From assembly GCA_010015805.1 (NCBI GenBank), contig ML978129.1:1612001-1676000 (forward strand): a stretch of DNA of 64,000 nt, in the 5' to 3' direction. How positions within the stretch are numbered: position 1 is the first letter of the stretch; each line of letters starts with the position of its first letter. Positions 13,111 through 23,916 of this stretch are shown one piece after another. Under the pieces are notes generated by a model. That model had not been told where the DNA came from. It did not search any database and saw only the letters and a list, made by a program, of their open reading frames with translations. This DNA is from Rhizodiscina lignyota. Taxonomy: Eukaryota. A program made the position numbers and the translations under genes.

Positions 13111-15039
13111 ATGGCTCTTTCACTCATTTCCAAATGTGTCTTGTTACTCTGTGCTTCTGTAGCTCTAGCAGCTAAGAAGCCAAACATACTGTTCATTCTC
13201 ACGGATGATCAAGATTGGCATATGCAATCAATGCAGCATATGCCATTCTTGCAGAAATATTTACTCCACGAAGGCACACTCTACGCGAACCACTATTGCA
13301 CAGTGGCTCTCTGCTGCCCGTCTCGAGTCAACCTGTGGACCGGGAGAGCTGCTCACAATACTAATGTCACTGATGTTTTCCCTCCCTATGGTGGCTACCC
13401 GAAGGTCGTCCGTGAAGGTATTAACGACGACTATCTGCCAGTTTGGATGCAGGAAGCCGGATATAATACTTACTACTCCGGAAAGCTTTGGAACGCTCAC
13501 ACGGTTGACAACTACAATTCTCCCAGGGCGGGTGGATACAATGGCTCCGACTTCATCCTCGACCCCTACACATACGAATACTACAATGCTTATATGTCTC
13601 GCAATGGAGCTCCACCAGTCAGCTACAAGGGCCAGTACTCTCCAGACATCACTGCTCAAAAAGCTTACGGCTTCTTGGAAGAGGCTACTCAACACAAGGA
13701 GCCGTGGTTCCTCACTGTCGCTCCAATCGCGCCTCATGGGAACATAGTGCTTGAACCCGCAGATATGTATGAAGCCGATATGCCGCGCTATGCATCACGA
13801 CACGCACATCTGTTCAAAGACTATAAGATTCCGCGCGATGCAAACTTTAATCCAGAGAAGGTGAGCATTATTCGGCAGCATTATATAGAGTAGATGGCTG
13901 AAAGAACTTACAGCAAGGTGGAGTGGCATGGATCAAGAACTTGCCGCGCCTGAACGATACCGTCATTGCTTACAACGATGAGTACCAGCGCGCCCGTCTC
14001 CGAGCACTCCAATCGGTCGACGAGATGGTTGAGACACTTGTCAAGATGCTTGAAGAGAAAGACCTTTTGAAAGACACCTACATCTTTTACACTACTGATA
14101 ACGGCTATCATATCTCGCAGCACCGTGAGTCGGCTCATGTACGTGTACGCAACGAAGACTAAAACCTAGGCAGGTATGCACCCAGGCAAAGAGTGCGGCT
14201 TCGACACGGACATACATATTCCCCTTATTGTTCGCGGCCCTGGCGTTGCGGCTGGACGTGTCTCCGAAGCTGTGACCGCGCATACAGATTTGTCTCCGAC
14301 AATCATGTCGCTTGCTGGTCAATCGCGCGATGACTTTGACGGCGTTGCAATTCCTCTTGAATATGATAAGGAAGATACCGAAATCGCCCAGACGAGGCAT
14401 GAACACGTAAACGTTGAATATTGGGGCATGGCTATTCCAGAGGGCTTGTACGGCAGATATGGGAACGCTGGCAGCGACATCGGATTCAAATTTGCTGTGA
14501 GAAACAATACCTATAAAGGCTTGAGATTGATCGGAGATGACTACAGCCTGTATTATGCGGTATGGTGTACAGGTGACAAGGAATACTACGATGTCAAGGT
14601 ATGGGCTTATTAAGTGTCCAGGGACTCCTGTTACTGACTTACTTTGAAGCTCGATCCCGGCCAGCTGGACAACTACTTCGATGACTCGAGTCTTCACTCC
14701 TCGTACAGCATTGCGGATCGTCCATTCAAACACATCGTCAACAGGCTCGACGCGCTGATGATGGTCCTGAAGTCATGCAAGGGTCTCCAATGCACTGATC
14801 CGTGGGGAGTGCTTCATCCTCATGGTGGCATCAAGACGCTCAAAGATGCCTTAACTTCCAAATTTGATGCGTTCTACCAGGGCCAGCCGAAAGTCCAGTT
14901 TGACGCCTGCGAGCTGGGATATATCCGAGAAGCTGAAGGGCCGCAGCAGGTCAATGTCTTTGGAGACGATGGTGCTCATTTTGACCTGAGAAGCCAGCCA
15001 TCCTTCAAGTATCAAGGGCATTGGTCGCTTTGGACTTGA
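13111..15039 (+). CDS. Secreted arylsulfatase (fungal/algal type)
   Basis: Signal peptide, KKPNILFILTDDQD, formylglycine motif CCPSR, YSGKLWN, YTTDNGYH and RLDALMMVLKSC. Confidence 0.93.
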
Positions 15040-15866
15040 GCTTGGAAAATTGCCGGAGGGGGTGTTTAAACAGTGTTACTGTTTCTTGTCGAGAGCTGCA
15101 TCGGGTAATCTTGGTTCTAAGTCGTCTGGGGGAAGGCTCCGCGATTTCCAATTAACTCTCTGTTGAATGCAATCGAAATACAATGAACCAAATGTCCTTC
15201 TATAATCGCTTTACCCGTTGCTCTCAGTAGTACTCATTTCCGCCTACTAGACGATTGCTAGGCACTAGATTGATATACCATGCAATGCCCGTTTGTTCCC
15301 GTGTAACTCTGCGCCACATTTGTCTTCCCTCGGTGATTGTCACAGCAGCGCTACCCTCGCTGGCGGCCACGATCACTTCGCCATGGACAGCAGTGGGATG
15401 TCGCACGCCTTTTCAGCTTTTCCAGATAGTAAGGCAGTGCAGTATCTGGGAAGTAGCAAGACGATGCTCATAACTTCTTTACCATTATCGTGAAAGGGGC
15501 AATGAAGGTCCCGTCGTCAGGATCCATGATTGGGGAAGCCTGCCCGTGGTGCTGTTGAGGTGTGTCAGTTCCATCTGGGTAGTATTCTTTTCTCTTTTGC
15601 ACAGATCCAAAACTGTTCCTGCTCCAAAGGTTGCCTCGGTGAATGTTTAAGGGTACAGTAATTCAAGCGAAGGTTAAAGATTGGAAGGTTGGAAGGTTAG
15701 AGTACCCATGCCCGCGGAAAGGCGGTCGCCGAAGGAGCTTCCGGTCGTTGATGACATCTGGCCGCAGCTTCATACTCTCGCGTCCGTTGCTTCGCGCTTT
15801 GTCCCAAACATCAACCAATTCAACGCAACTTTCTTTCTTCCTTCAATTCCCCAACTTGCGCCCGCT

Positions 15867-17660
15867 ATGAAGAGCTTCTGGGCTCTCCCAGCCATTCTGC
15901 GGCTTGCGCTCGCAAGCTACGCGACGTTTACCGCTCTGGACGACATCATATCTTTCCCACAGGTGCAGGAGCTCCCCATCACTCTCAACCCTATCTGTAC
16001 TGATAATCTCGATAGTATGAGGTTGGACTCTCGAATTCCGTACTTTCCGAAAGCGAAGCACGAGCGAAAATTGCCGCTCTCTCCGCAAAAACCTCTCCCA
16101 CAGCGGCTCCTGCAGAAGTAGAGCCCTCACTAGACGTTCAGCAATTCAAGCCGAATGACGGCTCTCCACAAGACTCACGAGACGACTTGTCACCACATGA
16201 TGAAAGTATACGAGACTATGAGCTCATGGTCTGGCACAATCAGCGCTTTCTCTGCTCCATACCTGCCGTGGATCTGACCGCGGACAACTCCACAGTTGAC
16301 GCGCCATCGCCGGAGGATGTGGAGAAGGAGCTTGCACGCGCAACAAATCATGGCGAGGAGCTCCTACGAGGTATGGAGGGTAATTGTATCTTCTTCAATA
16401 CTGGATGGTGGACGTACAGCTTCTGCTACAATCAGAGTGTAAGGCAATTCCACAGCTTGCCACCAAGCAGACAAGTGCCACTGTACCCACCAGTGGAGGA
16501 TTCTAGCGTGCAGAGTTACGTCCTGGGACAGTTCCAGAGTGGCCAGAAGGTTGGCGGGGGGAAAGGCAAGGAGGACGTCAAGGTCGATGGAGCAAAGGAG
16601 AAGGCTGGAAGGGAACAGTCGACCGAGACCGGTCTTGCAAAGCTTGAACAAAGGGGAGAGTTGAAGTATTTGGTGCAAAACTTGTCTGGTGGTACCACAT
16701 GCGATCTCACTGGCAAGGACAGACGCATTGAGGTTCAGGTATGTCTTCTGATTGTTGGTATAGTTCACGAACGGTCAATCTTCTGACATTTAGCTCCAGT
16801 TCCACTGCGTCCCGAACTCACATGATCGTATAGCTCTCATAAAGGAACTCGCGACCTGCACGTATTTGATGGTGATCCACACACCCCGACTCTGCAACGA
16901 CGTCGCTTTCCAGCCTCCACAACGCGATAAGCCGCACCGAATACGCTGTGCCCCCGTTATTCCAGACAACGCGGATGTGAAAGACTTTCCCGCTCTAGCA
17001 TATATGCTTGGTGAGAAGGAGCATCAGCAAGAGCAAGCTCAGGAGCGGGAGCAGCAAGATTTCGTAGAAGAAGATTCCCCCATAATGATTGGCAACATCG
17101 AATTTGGTGGCCATCGCATCCTCCCCAGATCCCCTCCACCCGACTCCTCCATCGAGGACTCAGATGTCCAAGACGACCTGGAAAGTGACAACACCCATCC
17201 TTCTGGCTGGCTGCGCGATCGTGACTCCCTAGCAAACTCACTTATCCTTGGCGGTCAACGCGAAAAGCTGGTCGCAACGGTGGCCTCGAGTCACAAGCCC
17301 GCGCTGAGCGAGGAGGAGCTGAAGAACCTGAACGTGCGAGAGCGCGAGGTGAGCGAGATCAACCGATTCCGAAAGCAGATGGAAAATTTGAGCAAAGGCA
17401 AAGGATGGCGATTAGACATTGTCGAGACGGCGCGGGGAAGGGAATTCAGGGGCATTATCGAGACTGATGATGAGATTGTCGGTGTTGTAGACGGTGAAGG
17501 TGACGACGGACAAAGGCAGAAAGAGACTGGGGCGAGTGTCGGCGGAAAGGAACGCGAGGACACGAGTGGTGGCAAGGAAAACAAGGAGAAAGAGCAGGAC
17601 CTTAGAAGTTCGAACGACGCTCATGATGGCAGCGAAGAGAGGTATAAAGAGGAATTGTGA
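15867..17660 (+). CDS. YOS9: ER lectin OS-9/Yos9 homologue (MRH domain)
   Basis: Signal peptide, GWWTYSFCYNQSVRQFH, GTTCDLTGKDRRIEVQ, MVIHTPRLCND and a C-terminal KEEL ER-retention-like signal. Confidence 0.9.
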
Positions 17661-17949
17661 GAGGCTTGGAAACCTGGACTGTGTTTAAAACAGCAGTTCT
17701 GTTCACCTTATTCAAAAGATGATAACTCTTTCCCTCGATTCTTACTAGGCAATCCTTTTCGGCTCTACTTTAAAGACCACTGTTCGCCCTCTACTCCGCG
17801 GCATTTTTGAATGCCTTGACTGTTAAGCGATGTGGCGCCCAGCGTTGCATGCAGCGGCACAGCAACAGTTCGGGGCTTTGGCGGCCGTGTATTCCTGTCG
17901 GATTGTTTCCGATTCAAGCGGTCAACTTACCGTGGCAGGGCCTGTTAAA

Positions 17950-18460
17950 TGGAACTATGCTAAAGAACAGACATCGTAAGGTCCTACTCCATGAATTGAG
18001 ATACATAGCCTGGAGCACTGGCGGACTTTTCTCGCCGATTTTCTCGCTCGAGATCGTCGGCTCTGTGATCCGGGCCGTGCACAACCTTCAGGTCCACGGT
18101 CCACGGACGGTGTGTGTGTGAGATGTTGAGTAGGTCTCCAAAAGTCTCCATCTGACCAATGGTTAGCGCTGTGGGGTATAGTAAGACCAGTGTCCGTCGG
18201 AAACACTGGACGAGCGGTGATTAGCTCGCCCAGCATACCACAAAATATCCCTACGAGTCGTAAGATAGCCCAGGTTCGGAACTTCGGACACGATATAATG
18301 AAGCCCCTGGGCCGATCGTGGACGATCTTCTGGCTAGAGAATTTCTTCAGAGAACGCGCTTCAAAGCAGTTCATCTGTTCCTTCTGTTTAGCCGGTACAG
18401 ATGAAGTCGTCTTCCGAGCAGCGAGTGTTCTGCGTTCGAAACCTGGTTGGCCGAGACGCT
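17950..18460 (-). pseudogene. Possible heavily degenerate CMGC/DYRK-like protein kinase relic
   Basis: Fragments in shifting frames (SLYR..SEV, GLSYDS*, GMLGELITARPVFPTD, QMETFGDL) resemble kinase subdomains VIII-X. Judged by eye only. Confidence 0.25.
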
Positions 18461-19296
18461 ATCCAAAGTGCGCCGAGTAGAGGCGCCACTCGTGCCGACA
18501 CCAGGCCCCCAGTAACCATATTTGAACTCGCTTTACTTCGTCTGGAATAGCCAGCTGTGTAGCAGGTAAGAGCCATGTCGAATCCGGGATCTCATCTGAC
18601 AGGATGCGCCGTATCATCCGTCTATTCTGAGGTTGGGCGGCCGGCGACAGCAAAGGCGAGAAGGAGACTACAGAAAAGTGTACGGGAGAAGGAATCGGGA
18701 GTTGACTTGACTTATATCTTACTACCCTAGCTCCCTAAGCCGCATGCCGCGTGGATCCAAAGTACCCAAGTATGGAGTTCGGTCGTCTCCTCTTGGGCTT
18801 AGTCACGGGGATGGCTCGGAGCTCGGACGGCATCGTGGCCAAGAAAAGGCTCGACAGGGGCCCCTTCTTAGCTGCAGCCGCTCCACGCCTCTTCCAACCA
18901 CCATTCAGCTTGTGCCATTCCATACCCCGCGCTCTGCATGAGATGACGAGTGATCGGTGAGGGGCTATCCTGGAGACAATGTGCCTCCGCGTGAACAAGC
19001 TACGCCTTACCACTCCACAACTTACCGCGTCCGAAAAGCACTGCGCGTGCACGGCTACTGACGGCGGCGAGGGAATTGGAATCTAATCGGCTAGTAACTG
19101 TCTAGGGAGGCAATACATAGTTGTATATAACGACCACCTCTGTCCTCTGCTCGATTTCAAATTCCTTGGAGACGAAGCGTTTACCCTTTGCCTCTCTTCC
19201 ACCGCTTCCGCAGATCATATTCCTTGACTTTGTTTCTCACTCTGCTATTAGTGTTAACACGAGGCCTTTCCCATTCCGCGCGACTAACCCACCGCC

Positions 19297-20923
19297 ATGT
19301 TTCTCGAAAATTTCCTTACGCCTTGGACATTGGCCGCTCTTCCTGTCCTATTCTTCCTCCTTCCATACCTCCGCAACTGGTCCATCAGAGATATCCCTGC
19401 ACCATTCCCAGCAGCATGGACAAATCTATGGCTTTTGTATCAATGCCGTCGTGGAAGGCGATATCTAGAAGTCGACGCAGCACATAAGAAATATGGAAAG
19501 CTTGTCCGGATCCAGCCGCATCACATCTCAATTGCAGATGACAAGGCAATTCCAATTATCTACGGGCACGGTAATGGATTCCTGAAGAGGTACACCAAGC
19601 TTGCACACGCCAGTCATATCGAAGAATTCCGTTATGCTAATGCTACATCTAGTGAATACTATGATGCCTTCGTCTCTATCCGCCGTGGCCTCTTCAACAC
19701 TCGAGATCGTGCCGAGCACACTCGCAAGCGCAAGACCGTCTCACACACATTCAGCGCCAAATCCATCGGCCAATTCGAACAGTATATGCACGCAAATTTG
19801 GAGCAGCTGGTTACACAATGGGACCGGCTCTCTTCTACAGCTCCACACAATAGCTATGCCAAGATGGACGGCCTGCACTGGTTCAATTATCTGGCGTTCG
19901 ATATCATCGGAGACCTTGCTTTCGGTGCGCCGTTCGGCATGCTCGAGAAAGGCAAAGATATTGCCGAAGTACGAATGACACCCGATTCTCCACCAAAATA
20001 TGCACCCGCTATTGAGGTCTTGAATCGCAGAGGCGAGGTCAGCGGCACGGTAGGATGCATGCCACAGATCAAGCCTTACGCGAAGTACTTTCCCGATCCG
20101 TTCTTCAGCAAGGGCATCAAGGCCGTGGAGAACTTGGCGGGTATTGCGGTAGCCAGAGTAAATCATCGTCTTGCGAATGCTGATAAGATTGACCGTGTGG
20201 ATCTCCTCGCGCGATTGATGGAAGGTCGGGATGAGAAGGGCGAGAAATTGGGAAGGGAAGAGTTGACCGCCGAAGCGCTCACGCAGTTGATCGCTGGAAG
20301 CGACACCACGAGCAACACATCATGTGCGATCTTGTTCTACGTCTTGAAGAACCCGCACGTCCTTCCAAAGCTACAGAAAGAGCTCGACGACGCATTACCG
20401 GACAGTGCGGTTCCAACTTTTAACCAGGTTAAGGATCTGCCATAGTAAGTTTCATTATTTTTGTGGTTAACTGCAGTACTCTGAAAACTCCCACAGCCTA
20501 GACGCCGTCATCAAAGAAACCATGCGTATCCATTCGACCTCCTCTCTCGGCCTTCCGCGCGTCGTTCCACCCGGGCCCGGAATAACGATCCAAAACCATC
20601 ACTTCCCACAAGGCATTGTACTATCCGTTCCATCCTACACTATCCATCACAGCAAGGAAATCTGGGGCGCGGACGCCGATGAGTTCCGGCCAGAGCGTTT
20701 CCTTGACCTTACTGAGCGGCAGAAGGAGGCATTCATTCCATTCAGCCACGGGCCTCGTGCGTGCGTAGGCAGGAATGTTGCGGAGATGGAACTGGCGCTG
20801 ATCGTGAGCATCACATTTAGACGGTACGAGTTTGAGCTTTACCAAGACCAGATGGAGACGAGGGAAGGCTTTTTGAGGAAGCCGTTGGGATTGATGGTGG
20901 GTATTCGCAAGAGGAGTGTTTGA
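19297..20923 (+). CDS. CYP53A: Cytochrome P450 CYP53, benzoate 4-monooxygenase (bphA/bzuA-like)
   Basis: [54 protein letters not shown], heme motif [10 protein letters not shown] and TREGFLRKP. Introns at 19590..19652 and about 20445..20497. Confidence 0.95.
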
Positions 20924-21091
20924 GTTCTGCTCCCTACGTACCTTGAAACTCTTCTGATGAAATTGTATATTGGATATCGGATAAGAGGGACAGCCCGGCG
21001 CCGAGCTGAAGGTGAAAAGGCTCTGACTCTCAAAAGCATGAGGAGGAACAGGACAAAAGATTATACAACTAAACAAGAGATAAAGTTATTG

Positions 21092-22211
21092 CTATCTATT
21101 ATACTGCGAAGTTGGCCTCGTGCCCTGCAGAACTTGACCAACTTCATCCCATACCCTCTTCTGCCACTTCAGGGCCAGATCGCTTTCGACTAGCTTTCCG
21201 GGCCTTAAAAGCCTTGTCAGCATTCATCTATTCTTATAAGATACGGTAGTGCGCTTACGCCTCAATAGCATCATTATGAATCCACTTCCCATGGCCTTCT
21301 TCTTCCAAGCATGTCGCATAGACCAGCGTCCTGCTCCCCTCTTCTGTGGTCTTGCATATCGTCGCCTGCAACACCCATAGAACAAAACTCTTGACCCAAC
21401 TCGTGTGCCACTCCCTCGCAAGCTCGGACTTGCACGCACCGGGGCAGCTGTAGTTCACAACGACCTCCGGTCTCCCGCCCTCATCTATTGACAGCGATGT
21501 TGCAATTTCACGCACACAGTAGATGAGAAACAGTTTTGAGATCCCATAGCGCTGGGAAGTGCCATCGAACGTTTCGGGCTTGTTCAGAGCAGCCAACCAG
21601 TTAAGTTCTCGTTGCCATGGGCCGTTTTGTTTGACATGCTAGTATGCACGCGAGGCTAAGAACTCAAGCTTGGGTATCCATTCATCTCCAGTATCACTCT
21701 TCCTCCGCGACGCGCGAAGTTTCGGGAGGATAAGCTGCGCGCGAAGGATATTGGAGAGGGTGTTAACCTGTAGCGTCTCTTCCCAGCCATCGTCGGTAAA
21801 GCTGAAGCACGTTTTGCTAACAGCGGCATTGAGGACAGCAATATCAAGAGAGTCCAGTTCTTTCAAGACCCTTTCTACAAAGGTGTAGACAGAAGCAAAG
21901 GAGGCAAGATCCAGTTCCCAGACTTCAATGGTAGTACCCTTGGCATCTTCGTGCTTGCTGCTCGTGCTCGGCTGCAGGCTGTCTTCGATATTCTGTTTCG
22001 CGGTCTCGCCTTTCCGTAGTGGCCGGACACCAAGGATAATTCGAGTGGCCCCAAGGCGTGCATAGTGCCGTGCGGCTTCGAGACCAAGACCTGTGCTTGC
22101 GCCGGTGACCAGCACGGTCCGACCTGCTATGCTTCGTGGCGTGAGATAATCGAGAGATGGGGCGGACCAGCGGTTCCGGAGGAAACCCCAAAGGACATGC
22201 AAGCTTGACAT
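21092..22211 (-). pseudogene. Short-chain dehydrogenase/reductase (retinol-DH-like) interrupted by an in-frame TAG
   Basis: TGASTGLG, WELDLASF, LNAA and YGISK motifs. ORFs 21639..22298 and 21255..21596 share one frame and are separated only by TAG at 21639-21641. Confidence 0.8.
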
Positions 22212-22714
22212 TTGATGTGGACAATAGGAGACGTGTTTGAGATTGCTACAAAGTAGGGACTGAGAGTTGAAAGAGATAAGAAACCTAAAGTTCCCCAAGG
22301 TTATTAGAACCCAAGCTCTATATACTTACCTCTGAGCCATATCGCAAATTTACAAGTCTATCGGAGGTCTTGTTGCTCCGAGTGGGTATATCTAAGTTTG
22401 ACATACAATTGAGGCCTGCAGAGCTTGCGAAGATTTAAGGCGCAAGTTAAGCTTTTCCGTATTAGGTTAGTCTTGTAAGCAGTCTGCAGATGTTGGCCCA
22501 AGCTGTTTTCGTCTCCTTCTCTACTCCACTGCCCGGAACTAAAGCTTCTCCTTTAGATGCCAAAATGGAAGCTGAGGTTCTTGGAATCCTTATTGCGGCC
22601 TTGGTAAGGTCTTGGCTTGTAAGCATGCGGCATATATCAGGTCGAACTCGCCCGGTGTAAGCGCTCTGCATGTAGACGTCGTTGTCTCATTCATCCGGGG
22701 AGAATCAAGCCACA

Positions 22715-23794
22715 ATGTCCGGTACCGAAACGGTTCAGATTGGTGAAATGAGCCAGTTGGCGGAGGTAATCTCTTGAATACATGCAGGACTCTAGTTGCC
22801 GTCATTGACGCACTCACTAGGCTACCAGCGCGAGAGATGACTGGACGGGCATTGCAGACGTTAAAGAGAGGAGAAAGAGGCAGAATCGTTTGAATGTGAG
22901 AGCTCATCGTAAGTATCTATGAGCCTCATATTTCACACTTTGTTGCATAGCACGACTAAAGAATTTGACAGGACGGCGTAAGGCGTTAGTAGCTGAAGCC
23001 TCAAAATCGCATGCAACGCAGACGTGCCCACAACAGAGCACCACAACGTCGGAGCATGCTATTATGCATCCCCCTTCCCACTGCCCAAATGCCGGAACTC
23101 CGATTCGGTCACGCTCTGCAGTGATCAGAATTGAGGATCGTCTCGCTTCGCTCTGCTACCCGATATCTGCAGACCACAAGCTTATCACTTTGATAGCCCT
23201 TAATGTCTCTCGCGCGGTCCTGACGAACTATGGCATCTTGTCTAATGCGCAATGGCATTTCCCAGCTTCGTACTCTTGTTGTTCCGAGAGGCTGTCTCCA
23301 ATGCCACCGCCTCCGAAGACGTTAGCACCTGTCCCAAAAGCATTGGAATCCACGAGCTTGCAGCAATGCATTCCACACCCGAGCTGGATTGACATCTTTC
23401 CATTTCCACAATTTAGGGACAATGTATTGATTGCAATTGCGGAGATGGGGCTAAACCCGTTAGAGCTCGCAACAGATCTCATCGGAATTATATTCGACTG
23501 GATGGACTGCGAAATGTCTGTGCGACCGAAGGCCAGAACTTTGAAGGCACATCATCTGTTGACAGCACTTCACTTAGCACAACTCCTCTGGATGATGCCG
23601 CTGTGGATATCTCTAAGCCAGAGACCCTCGGAGTCGTGGCCTGGACGGATCCATGGGAAATTGCTGGCTGGGAGCTCACAGAGGATTTCGTCACCAAATG
23701 GTCGTTCTTGTTTGTCGGCTGTGCAGAAGTACTTAGTGCGACGAATGCGTGGAGAAGCAAAAGAGGCGAGGAGCCATTAGTCATCCATTGTTGA
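22715..23794 (+). CDS. bZIP-like/DUF3425 fungal regulator; C-terminus needs a weak intron or a frameshift
   Basis: DDWTGIADVKERRKRQNRLNVRAHRRRK, HPSWIDIFPFPQFRDN and WTDPWEIAGWELTEDFVTKWSFL..TNAWRSKRGE. The last motif is in a different frame from ORF 22965..23780. Confidence 0.8.
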
Positions 23795-23916
23795 GTGCTT
23801 CAAGTTGATCATGAGGCGCTCCGGTCAGCCAAACAAAATCAGATTCTACTTGGAAGACACCAGCAAATTAGACAAAGCATAATTACAACGCGTGACACTA
23901 CAAAACAATTTCTGGT

